Shown: positions 20,475-28,911, counted from the stretch's first letter. The stretch: 64,000 nt of DNA from Alphaproteobacteria bacterium (GCA_050173345.1 JBFXKW010000001.1:678342-742341); one strand, 5' to 3'. Notes: a model not told the origin generated them from the sequence alone. Made by a program: numbers and translations.

Positions 20475-20966
20475 TCACGCCGCCGGCTCGATGTGGAAGA
20501 GCGGCGCGTCATAGTCGACCATCTGGCCGTCCTCGACGCAGATTCTCACGACGCGCCCCCTGACGCCTGCCTTGACAGGCGTGAACAGCTTCATCACCTC
20601 GATCAGGCAGACCTCGGTCTCGGGCTCGACGAGCTGGTCGACCTCGACATAGGGCGCGGCGCCCGGCTTCGGCGCGCGGTAGAACGTGCCGAGATTGGGC
20701 GCGCGCACCGCAACAAGCCCTTCAGGCACCGGCTCGCCCTGGCCGGCGGGCGGTGCCTTGTGCGAAGCCGCGGCCGTTTGGGCCATGGGCGCAGGGTTGG
20801 ATGTGGCCGGGAGAGCGTGCGCATGAGTCTCTGCGCGCCGCTGGCCGGCCGCCGGGTCGTTCGAGAGCACGAGCGAGAGCCCTTCCACCTCCAGGCTCAT
20901 CTCGTGCCAGCCGGACTGTTCGAACAGCCGGATCAGCGCTTCGATGTCCTTGAACTTCTGATTCAC
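20475..20966 (-). CDS. accB: Biotin carboxyl carrier protein
   Basis: APNLGTFYRAP, IEVMKL biotinylation motif, Ala/Pro linker; GTGA overlap with the PPDK-like stop. Confidence 0.92.
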   Translation of the reverse strand: MNQKFKDIEALIRLFEQSGWHEMSLEVEGLSLVLSNDPAAGQRRAETHAHALPATSNPAPMAQTAAASHKAPPAGQGEPVPEGLVAVRAPNLGTFYRAPKPGAAPYVEVDQLVEPETEVCLIEVMKLFTPVKAGVRGRVVRICVEDGQMVDYDAPLFHIEPAA

Positions 20967-22741
20967 GACACGGGCTCCTCGGCACGCGCGCGTTCCGGCG
21001 CCGCGGCGCGGGCGGCAAGCAAGGCGGGCAGCACCGGCGACGTCACGATGAAGGCGAGGCCGGCACGAACGGCAGAAGCGACGCCGGCATCGGTCGCGAA
21101 GACGCGGCCGCGCGCGCCGTCATGGCCCGCGACCAGCCCACCGATCGCCTCGGGCTCCTCGCCGCCCTCCACGTGATCGAGGTCGGCGATATCGGCGCCG
21201 GGCGGTTCCTCGCCTTCCCGATAGACCGCAAGCGGCGCGCGTCGCCTGGCCCAACCGATGAGCCGCATGAGCATGGGGTTGTCCTCTTCGCGCGGCGTCG
21301 TCACGTCCAACGCGCCGTCGAAGACCCGGCCCATGCCGCCATCGACGGTCACGCTGCGGCCCTGGAGCGCTTCGATGGCCGCGAGGCCGCAGCCGACGAC
21401 GCAGGGCAGGCCGAGCGAGCGGCTGACCACGGCGGCATGGCAGGTCGAGCCGCCCTCCGCGGTCACCACGGCCTTTGCCGCGATCATGCCGTGCACGTCC
21501 TCCGGGCTCGTGGTCGGCCGCACCAGCACGACCGCCCTGCCCGAAGCGGCAGCGGCCTCCGCCGCATCCGCATCGGTGACGACCGTGCCGGCGCCGACGC
21601 CGGGGCAGGCACCATCGCCCTCGGCGAGCACGGTGGCCTTCTCGGCCTCGCCGGCAGCGAGGCGCGGGCGCAGGATGCCGCGCACCTGCTCCGGGTTGAC
21701 GCGGTCGAGCGCCGTCTCCTCGTCGATGCGCGCCTCGTCAACGAACGCGACGGCGAGCGCGACCGCCGCCTCCGGCGCACGCTTCGCGGTGCGCGCCTGT
21801 AGCAGGTAAAGCTTGCCGCGCTCGATGGTGAACTCGATGTCCTGCACGTCGCGTTCCTCGTCTTCGAGCCGGCGCGCCGCCCTCAGCAGTTCGGCATGGG
21901 CTTCGGGCAGCGCCGCGGCGAGTGCGGACAGCGGCTGCGGGGTACGCATGCCCGACACCACATCCTCGCCCTGCGCGCGCGTGAGATATTCGCCGTAAGG
22001 CGCGGGGGCGCCGGTCAGCGGGTTGCGGCTGAACAGGACGCCGGTGCCGCTGTCCTCGCTCATATTGCCGAAGATCATCGCCTGGACCGTGACCGCGGTG
22101 CCGGCGTCGTGCGGCAGGCCGTGATGCTCGCGATAGCGCCGCGCCCGCCGCGCATTCCACGAATCGAAGACGGCGCGCACCGTGGCCTCGAGCTGCGCCG
22201 GCGCCTCGCCCGGCACCCCGCCATAGCCCTTCGCCTCGATCGCCGCGCGCCACGCCGCGGCATCGCCGCTCACCTTCATTTCGGCGAGCGTGGCCTTGAG
22301 CACGATGCGGGCATACATCTCGACGAAGCGGCGGTGGCTGTCGCGCGCGAAGGCGGCGTCGCCGCTTTCGGCCGCAAGCGCGGCCTCGGCCTCGTCCGTC
22401 ATGCCGAGGTTGAGCACGGTATCCATCATGCCGGGCATGCTGATCGCGGCGCCCGAGCGCACCGAGACGAGCAGCGCCTTCGGCCCGCGCCCGAAGCGCC
22501 GCCCGGTCGCGGCTTCGAGCGCGGCGATGCCGGCAGTCAGCTCGTCGGACAACCCGTCCGGCACCGTGCCCTTGGCGAGATAGGCGCGGCATGCCGCGGT
22601 GGTCACCACGAAGGCCGGCGGCACCGGCAGCCCCATCGCCGACATGCGCGCGAGGCTCCACGCCTTGCCGCCGATCAGCGCGCGCGGCGGCGGCTCGCCG
22701 CCATCGATGAAGAGCGTATGGGCGCCGAGCGGCCGTGCCAT
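20963..22741 (-). CDS. ppdK: PPDK-like protein: ATP-grasp domain plus phospho-His swivel domain, lacking the C-terminal pyruvate/PEP-binding barrel
   Basis: GGKA, VSVRSGA..SMPGMMDT, VQAMIFGN, GEDVVSG, QDIEFTIE, LLQAR, GGSTCHAAVVSR; 592 aa with only a short tail after the His domain. Confidence 0.9.
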   Translation of the reverse strand: MARPLGAHTLFIDGGEPPPRALIGGKAWSLARMSAMGLPVPPAFVVTTAACRAYLAKGTVPDGLSDELTAGIAALEAATGRRFGRGPKALLVSVRSGAAISMPGMMDTVLNLGMTDEAEAALAAESGDAAFARDSHRRFVEMYARIVLKATLAEMKVSGDAAAWRAAIEAKGYGGVPGEAPAQLEATVRAVFDSWNARRARRYREHHGLPHDAGTAVTVQAMIFGNMSEDSGTGVLFSRNPLTGAPAPYGEYLTRAQGEDVVSGMRTPQPLSALAAALPEAHAELLRAARRLEDEERDVQDIEFTIERGKLYLLQARTAKRAPEAAVALAVAFVDEARIDEETALDRVNPEQVRGILRPRLAAGEAEKATVLAEGDGACPGVGAGTVVTDADAAEAAAASGRAVVLVRPTTSPEDVHGMIAAKAVVTAEGGSTCHAAVVSRSLGLPCVVGCGLAAIEALQGRSVTVDGGMGRVFDGALDVTTPREEDNPMLMRLIGWARRRAPLAVYREGEEPPGADIADLDHVEGGEEPEAIGGLVAGHDGARGRVFATDAGVASAVRAGLAFIVTSPVLPALLAARAAAPERARAEEPVS

Positions 22742-22746
22742 CGGGC

Positions 22747-23349
22747 CTACTCGTCGCGCTCGCGGCCGAGGATGCGCAGGATATCCTCGTGCAGCTCGAA
22801 CCAGACGGTGTGATAGGACTCGATCTTGGCGCCGCTCACCCATTCGATCTCGCCGTCCTCGGCCTTCTCCAGCGCGGCGAGCAGCTTGCCGGCATAGAGC
22901 CTGAGCCGCGGCAGGCCGGCAGCCAGCGCTTCCAGCACGGCCTCGGCGCGCTCGTGCAGCTCGCCCAGGCGGTCGATGATCGCCTCGTCATGCGCCTTGT
23001 CCGAATGGTCGTTCGGCACGCGCTGGCCGCCGACCTCGATGGTCTGCCATTCGGTGATGAGCTGCTTGAGCTCCCTGTTCACCGCCTCGAAGCGTTGATG
23101 GGCGGCGGCGAACGACGCGCTCGCCCGCTGCGCCGCGTAGACCTTCGAGTATTCGCCGTCGAGCGACAGGCGGGCGACCGGCGTCAGCATGAAGGCGCCG
23201 TTGGTCTCGACCGCGAGACCATCGGCGACTGCCCGAGAGAGCAGCGCCTTGGCCTTGCCGGGTTCGAGCCCCATCAGCCCGGCGACGCCCTCCGGCGTGC
23301 CGTGCTTCTTGATGGCGAGGCCATGAAGCGCAAGGTGCATGTCGCTCAT
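22747..23349 (-). CDS. Conserved protein resembling mycobacterial Rv1126c (winged-helix-like N-terminus, His-containing helical domain)
   Basis: ITEWQ, PNDH, SYHTVWFELHED motifs; ends 5 bp upstream of the short PPDK. The Rv1126c link is from memory, not a search. Confidence 0.75.
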   Translation of the reverse strand: MSDMHLALHGLAIKKHGTPEGVAGLMGLEPGKAKALLSRAVADGLAVETNGAFMLTPVARLSLDGEYSKVYAAQRASASFAAAHQRFEAVNRELKQLITEWQTIEVGGQRVPNDHSDKAHDEAIIDRLGELHERAEAVLEALAAGLPRLRLYAGKLLAALEKAEDGEIEWVSGAKIESYHTVWFELHEDILRILGRERDE

Positions 23350-23364
23350 CGGTCCGGCCCCGGC

Positions 23365-24840
23365 TCAGCTCGCGGCCTTCACACTGTCGCGCGCCACGAT
23401 GCGGTCGCGCACCTCGCGGCGCAGGATCTTGTTCGCCGCGCTTTTCGGCAGAGCCGGCCAGACCTCGATGCCCTTCGGGCACTTATAGCTGGCGAGCTTC
23501 GCGCGGCAGACGGCGAGCACGGCCTCGGGGTCGAGCCCGGTGCGGCCCGCGACCACGGCATGCACCCGGTCGCCCCACTTCTCGTCGGGCAGGCCGACCA
23601 CCGCGGCCTCGACCACGCCGTCGCAGCCGAGCAGCACGTCCTCCACCTCGCGCGGATAGACGTTGTAACCGCCCGAGATCAGCATGTCGTTCTTGCGGTC
23701 GAGGATGTAGAAGAAGCCGTCCTCGTCCATGGCGCCGACGTCGCCGGTATGCAGCCAGCCATGGCGGAAGACGGCCTCGGTCGCCTCCGGGCGATTCCAG
23801 TAGCGCGCCATGAGCTGCGGCCCGCGCACCACGATCTCGCCCGTCTCGCCCGGCGGCAGCCGGTTGTCGTCGTCGTCGAAGACCGCGACCTCGGCCAGGA
23901 AGAACGGCCGGCCGCAGCTCCCGACGCGGTCATGCTCCTCCGGCTTCAGGCAGGTGATCACCATCGGCGATTCCGCCTGGCCGTAGGTCTGCGCGAAGAC
24001 CTTGCCGAAACGCGCCACGGCGCGCTCGAGAAGCGCCGGCGCGATCGGCGATGCGCCATAGCAGATGCGCTTGAAGCCGAGCTTCGCCTGGGGAAGCGAC
24101 GGCTCCTCCAGGATCATGGCGAGCATGGTCGGCACCAGGAAGGTGTGGCTCGCCCGCTCCCGCTCCGCGAGGCGGATGAACTCGAACGGATCGAACCGGC
24201 CCATGATCACCGAGCGCACGCCCCGCACGATCGCCGGCAGCACGAAGGCGCCGCTGGCATGCGCGATCGGCGCCGCGTGCAGGAAGGTGTCGCCGCTTGC
24301 CATGTCGGGCACCAGATCGACCAGGAAGGCGGCGAGCTCGGCAAGCTCGCCGCGCGTGGTCAGGGTCACCGCCTTGGGCTTGCCGGTGGTGCCGCCGGTA
24401 TAGCCGAGTCGGAGCGGCGCATCGAGCTCGCGGTCGATGCGGCACGGCCGGGCATCCGCCTCGTCGATCAGCGCCTGCAGATGATCCGCCCCGATCAGCA
24501 ATTCGCCGCTCACCTCGGCGCCGGGCGCGTGGATGACCGCGCGCGTGCCGCTGTCGGCGATCTTGTAGGCGTGGTCGTCCGCAGTCTCGCGCAGGTTGAG
24601 CGGCACGCGAACGAGGCCTGCCTTGGCCAGCGCGTAATAGGCGACCAGGCAGTCGATGCCGTTCGGCAGCAGCACGCCGACCCGCTCGCCGGGCGCGAGG
24701 CCGAGCGCGAGCAGCGCATTGCCGAGCCGGTCGGTCGCCATATCGAAGCCACGGAAGCTCATCACGCGCCCGCCCTCGACGAAAGCCGGCGCCTCGCCAT
24801 ACATCACGCCACCGCGGCGGATCAGCTCACCGATCTGCAT
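23365..24840 (-). CDS. AMP-forming acyl-CoA synthetase/ligase
   Basis: YTGGTTGKPK, YGQAE, GWLHTGD, DRKNDMLISGGYNVYP, LPKSAANK. Confidence 0.94.
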   Translation of the reverse strand: MQIGELIRRGGVMYGEAPAFVEGGRVMSFRGFDMATDRLGNALLALGLAPGERVGVLLPNGIDCLVAYYALAKAGLVRVPLNLRETADDHAYKIADSGTRAVIHAPGAEVSGELLIGADHLQALIDEADARPCRIDRELDAPLRLGYTGGTTGKPKAVTLTTRGELAELAAFLVDLVPDMASGDTFLHAAPIAHASGAFVLPAIVRGVRSVIMGRFDPFEFIRLAERERASHTFLVPTMLAMILEEPSLPQAKLGFKRICYGASPIAPALLERAVARFGKVFAQTYGQAESPMVITCLKPEEHDRVGSCGRPFFLAEVAVFDDDDNRLPPGETGEIVVRGPQLMARYWNRPEATEAVFRHGWLHTGDVGAMDEDGFFYILDRKNDMLISGGYNVYPREVEDVLLGCDGVVEAAVVGLPDEKWGDRVHAVVAGRTGLDPEAVLAVCRAKLASYKCPKGIEVWPALPKSAANKILRREVRDRIVARDSVKAAS

Positions 24841-24860
24841 GATTGATCGCGGCGGCCTCC

Positions 24861-26423
24861 CTATGATCTGTCCGCCAGTGTTTCGATATCGGCGCGGCTA
24901 AGGCCGGCGCCCTTGCCCTTGAGCCTGCGCGAGTGAAGCTGCTCGTTTCCATAGAGCGCGCGCGCCTCGTCGGTGTGCGCGTTGTATTTGAGCCAGGTCT
25001 CGTCGAGGAAGCGGTTGCGCTTCTCGCACGCCTTGGGCGTGAACGCCCGAACCTGGCGGTTGTACTCCGCCAGGCTGAGCACGCCGCGGCTGGTGCGGTA
25101 GCGGTCTTCCTTCCTGGGCAGGCAGGTCGAGCCCGGATAGACCGGGCCGCTCGAATGGGTGTAGTCGTCGCCGGCGAGGATCGAGTACGGGATCGGCGTG
25201 TACATGCGGAGCGGCGCGTTGCTGTGCTGCATCATGGTGTAGTCGTTGACGCGCTGGCTCGGCAGCGAGACGTAACCGACCAGCTCGGCCAGGCAGTCGC
25301 GCGAGAACTCGTCGTTGAGCAGCGGGCGGAAGCGCTGCGCCCGCTCATCGATCAGCATCCAGTCCTCGTATTCGTAGGTGCCGGCGACGTGCGCGATGTC
25401 CTTGAAGATGCCGAAATAGACCAGCGCGCCGGCATCGATCATCTGGTCGCGGTTCCAGCCCGCGATTCGTTTCCAGAGCTTGCCGGTGGCCGCCTTGGTG
25501 ATCTCGGCGAGCTCGTTGAAGGCATCGGTCAGCTCCGCCTCGGAGCCCATGCCGACGGGCATGTAACCCTCGGTCAGCGGGTCGGAGGTGTAGAGCCCGA
25601 CGCCCGCGACGTGCTCGGAGCGGAAGTCCGGCTTGGATTCGAAGCTGCCCCAATCGTCCATCAGGTAGAAGTGGCAGTCCTTCACCATCATGGGCACGGT
25701 CAGGTTGTTGTAGGGCACGTCGGCCGCTACGCCGTCTAGCCAGGGCAGGCCGTTCTCCGCGAGGTCCATGAAGTCGCGCACGATCATCTCGCGGTTGTCG
25801 TCGATCTTGTAGGGCCCCGAATTGCTCAGGCTGATGCGGCTCTCGCAGGAGATCAGGAAGCCGTATTGCGAGCAGTTCGCCATGAAATTGGTGGCGGCGC
25901 TGTGCAGCTTGTCGCCGGGCTCGCAGCGGAACATGTCGGCGTGGAACACCTGAAGCCGGCGCTCCGGCAGGATCTGGCTGCGATGGCCGAACTCCTTGTT
26001 GGTGATGTGGCCGTCATTGCGGTGCCAGGCGAGCTGGAAGCGCTTCCAGAAATCCATCACGTAGATCGCGTCGTCGACGGCATCCTGCGGCCGCAGCAAG
26101 CCCATGTTGATGAGCCATTCCCGGCCGAGGAAATAGAAGCCCTGGAGGCCCCAGCCCATCGGCGGGTTGCCGATCTTGATGCCCATGTTGCGCGCGCGAT
26201 CGCCGATCTCCTCCGCGGACATCCGGGATTCGACCTTCCGAAGCAACGACGGGTAGCGATAGAAGGCGTTGAGATACGAGAGCATCATGTACGGCGGAAC
26301 CGGAAAGAGCTTCGATTCCTGCACCGTGCGAGTCACGCAGAGCCAATAGGACTCGTCCGTATGGTTCTGCAGCATGTTGTTGAATTCGAGAAGCTGCGCA
26401 TAGCTGAGTTGACGCCCGCTCAT
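24861..26423 (-). CDS. Hypothetical protein (520 aa, no recognisable domain)
   Basis: Long ORF with protein-like composition and strong third-position GC bias, GAGGAGG RBS, 10 and 20 bp from its neighbours. Confidence 0.88.
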   Translation of the reverse strand: MSGRQLSYAQLLEFNNMLQNHTDESYWLCVTRTVQESKLFPVPPYMMLSYLNAFYRYPSLLRKVESRMSAEEIGDRARNMGIKIGNPPMGWGLQGFYFLGREWLINMGLLRPQDAVDDAIYVMDFWKRFQLAWHRNDGHITNKEFGHRSQILPERRLQVFHADMFRCEPGDKLHSAATNFMANCSQYGFLISCESRISLSNSGPYKIDDNREMIVRDFMDLAENGLPWLDGVAADVPYNNLTVPMMVKDCHFYLMDDWGSFESKPDFRSEHVAGVGLYTSDPLTEGYMPVGMGSEAELTDAFNELAEITKAATGKLWKRIAGWNRDQMIDAGALVYFGIFKDIAHVAGTYEYEDWMLIDERAQRFRPLLNDEFSRDCLAELVGYVSLPSQRVNDYTMMQHSNAPLRMYTPIPYSILAGDDYTHSSGPVYPGSTCLPRKEDRYRTSRGVLSLAEYNRQVRAFTPKACEKRNRFLDETWLKYNAHTDEARALYGNEQLHSRRLKGKGAGLSRADIETLADRS

Positions 26424-26433
26424 CGCCCCCTCC

Positions 26434-27183
26434 TCAGCCGCGCTTCTCGTGCTTCCAGATGTTCGCCGTCATGGCCTGGCCGGTCTGGTAGGCCTCGGCG
26501 GTCTTGGCCGCCGCGCTCGCCTCGATCTCGACCGTGTCACCCTCCTTGATTCCCCTGATCTTCGAGTTCATCAGGCAGGGGATGCCGTATTCGCGCGACA
26601 GGATGCCGAGATGCGAGCGGGTCGAGCCGCCCATGCAGATGATGCCCTTGAACTGCTCGATGATCGGCGCGGTCAAGGTGCCGCCGGAATCATCGATGAT
26701 CGCGATGGTGTCTTTCGGCACGCCGCGGCTCAGATAGTCCATCACCTGCGCGCTGGTGCGCACATAGCGAGCGATGCCGATCGCGTTCTCGGGGTGCCTG
26801 ACCACGTTGTCGCCGACGCCGCGGAGCGCACGGCCCTTGTCGTCCGCGGGCGCTCTCGGCGCATCGGGATGCTCGATCGAATAGTCCTTGGCGGCATCGC
26901 CCATTCCCGGCACCGGCTTGTAGGCCTCGGGGCGCTCCTGCACCGAGATGACCGCCGAATAGTCGAAGCGATGGCCGGCCTTCAGCAGCTTCGCCTCGAT
27001 CGCCTCGAAGTCCTTGGCCGAGATCAGGCGGTAGCTCTTGTCGAAGACGAAGCTCGACCAGTCGACGCCGGCCTCGTCGAGCCGCTTGCGCACGAGGTCC
27101 TTGATCGCGGAATGGTACGCCTCGACGATCGGGTGCTTCGCCCGATCGCCATACTTGTCCTGGTCGATGAAGAGCCTGGCCAT
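26434..27183 (-). CDS. Stand-alone PEP-utilising enzyme mobile (phospho-His) domain protein with unknown N-terminal domain
   Basis: DDSGGTLTAP..KGIICMGGSTRSHLGILSREYGIPCL; ATG at 27183 after a purine-rich RBS. Confidence 0.87.
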   Translation of the reverse strand: MARLFIDQDKYGDRAKHPIVEAYHSAIKDLVRKRLDEAGVDWSSFVFDKSYRLISAKDFEAIEAKLLKAGHRFDYSAVISVQERPEAYKPVPGMGDAAKDYSIEHPDAPRAPADDKGRALRGVGDNVVRHPENAIGIARYVRTSAQVMDYLSRGVPKDTIAIIDDSGGTLTAPIIEQFKGIICMGGSTRSHLGILSREYGIPCLMNSKIRGIKEGDTVEIEASAAAKTAEAYQTGQAMTANIWKHEKRG

Positions 27184-27234
27184 CTCTCGCCTTCCCTGTG
27201 GAGACACGCCGTTTTCGGCGCCTTTGTTGCCGGA

Positions 27235-27263
27235 AAGGTGCGGTGCGGCCTGCCTCCTGTCAA
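27235..27263 (-). promoter_or_regulatory. Putative sigma70 promoter of the phospho-His/carboxylase operon
   Basis: TTGACA (27263-27258), 17-nt spacer, weak -10 CACCTT; directly downstream of operator copy 4. Confidence 0.45.
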
Positions 27264-27267
27264 TGCC

Positions 27268-27291
27268 ATCTTAGACAAAATTGTCAGACAA
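27268..27291. promoter_or_regulatory. Tandem palindromic operator, copy 4
   Basis: ATCTTAGACAA-AA-TTGTCAGACAA (second half is a perfect palindrome); overlaps the stop codon of the upstream ligase. Confidence 0.7.
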
Positions 27292-28852
27292 TCTTGGCCT
27301 CGGGCGCGCCTTCCACCCGGCCTTCGCGCTCGGCCGCAAGACGCTCGCGGAGCACGGTTTTCAGCACCTTGCCATAGGCGTTCTTGGGCAGCGCGTCGAT
27401 GGCATGATAGGCCTTGGGCCGCTTGAAGCGCGCGATCCGCTCGAGGCAGAGCCCGTCGAGCGCCTCAGGGTCGAGCGCCGCCCCTTCCGTCGCCACCACG
27501 AAGGCGACCACCCGCTCGCCCCACTCGGCGTCGGGCACGCCGATCACCGCGGCCTCGGCGACCGCGGGATGCGCCAGCAGCACCTCCTCGACCTCGCGCG
27601 GGTAGATGTTGATGCCGCCCGAGATGACCATGTCCTTGGCGCGGTCCTTCAAGGTCAGGTAGCCCGCCTCGTCCAGGCAGCCGAGGTCGCCGGTGCGGAG
27701 GCCGAGCGGCCCGAAGGCCGCCCGGGTCGCCGCCGGGTCGGCCAGATAGCCGCGCATCACCATGTCGCCCCGCACCACCACCTCGCCGACCTCGCCCGGC
27801 GGCAGCGGCACGCCCGTCTCGTCGCAGACATGGAGCTCGACGCCGGTGCGCGCGATGCCGACCGAGACCAGCCGCTCGTCGTCGCCGGTTGCCGCGGCCT
27901 CCGCCAGCATCGCCTTCGACATGGCGGTGATGGTGCACGGGCTCTCGCCCTGGCCATAGCCGTTCCAGATTCGCGGGCCGAAGCAGGCGAGCGCCGCCTC
28001 GAGGTCGGCGGCATAGACCGGCGCAGCGCCGCACAGGATGGTCTTGATGTGCTCGATCCTGGCGCCGGCCATGACGGGAGACACAGAGAGCCGGCGCAGC
28101 AGCGTCGGCGGGACAAAGAAGGTGACGTTCTCATAGCGCCCGATCAGGTCCACCAACTCGCCGATGTCGAAGCCGCCACTCGGCGGCAGCACCTGGTTGG
28201 AGGCGCGCGCGATGTGCGACAGCGCGAACAGGCCCGAGGCGTGCGACTGTGCGGCAAGATGGATCAGGCAGTCGCGCTGGTCGAGCCAGTCGACATCGGC
28301 CAGATAGGCGAGCGTCATGACGAACAGGTTGCGATGGCTGAGCAGCGCGCCCTTGGGCCGGCCCGTCGTGCCGCTGGTATAGAAAAGCCAGGCCGGATCG
28401 GCCGCGTCGGTCTCGGCGACGGCGATCGGCTCGGCCGCCGCGATCGCGCGATAGGCGTCGTCGCCGACCACGATCAGGCGGGGCGGCTCGGGCAGCTCGG
28501 CGAACGCGCCGGCCAAGCCGTCCGCGAGGTCCGCCGAGGCCAGGCAGAGCCGCGCGCCGCAATGCCCGACCATGTAGACGTGCTCGTGCGGGTGCAGCCG
28601 GGCGTTCATCGGCGCGGCGACCAGCCCGGCATGCCAGGCCGCGAACAGCAGCGGCAGGTATTCCGGGCCGTTCGACATGACGAGCGCGACGCGATCGCCG
28701 GGCGCGAGGCCGAGCCAGCGCAGGCCACCGGCGAGGCGCGCGACATGCCGGCTCAGCGCGCCATAGCCGTAGCACACCTCGTCGCCGATCGAGATGGCAG
28801 GATGCGCGGCAAAACTGCGCGCCGGTGTATGGAGCAGCGAGGCAAGGTTCAT
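27284..28852 (-). CDS. AMP-forming acyl-CoA synthetase/ligase
   Basis: YTSGTTGRPKG, YGQGE, RTGD, DRAKDMVISGGINIYP, LPKNAYGK. Confidence 0.94.
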   Translation of the reverse strand: MNLASLLHTPARSFAAHPAISIGDEVCYGYGALSRHVARLAGGLRWLGLAPGDRVALVMSNGPEYLPLLFAAWHAGLVAAPMNARLHPHEHVYMVGHCGARLCLASADLADGLAGAFAELPEPPRLIVVGDDAYRAIAAAEPIAVAETDAADPAWLFYTSGTTGRPKGALLSHRNLFVMTLAYLADVDWLDQRDCLIHLAAQSHASGLFALSHIARASNQVLPPSGGFDIGELVDLIGRYENVTFFVPPTLLRRLSVSPVMAGARIEHIKTILCGAAPVYAADLEAALACFGPRIWNGYGQGESPCTITAMSKAMLAEAAATGDDERLVSVGIARTGVELHVCDETGVPLPPGEVGEVVVRGDMVMRGYLADPAATRAAFGPLGLRTGDLGCLDEAGYLTLKDRAKDMVISGGINIYPREVEEVLLAHPAVAEAAVIGVPDAEWGERVVAFVVATEGAALDPEALDGLCLERIARFKRPKAYHAIDALPKNAYGKVLKTVLRERLAAEREGRVEGAPEAKIV

Positions 28853-28911
28853 GGCGGCGCTCGGCGGCGGCCTCGGATTGGAAAAACGATTGTCTCGGGC
28901 CTGCCGCTGGA

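Noticed and set aside
17622-20966. Housekeeping acetyl-CoA carboxylase, pyruvate carboxylase or Na+-pumping oxaloacetate decarboxylase
   Set aside because: No AccA/AccD or OadB/OadG genes, and the CT subunit lacks the conserved Lys and second His
20963-22741. PPDK pseudogene
   Set aside because: All catalytic motifs are intact, no remnant of the C-terminal domain follows, and the stop is coupled to the next start; this looks like an evolved short form
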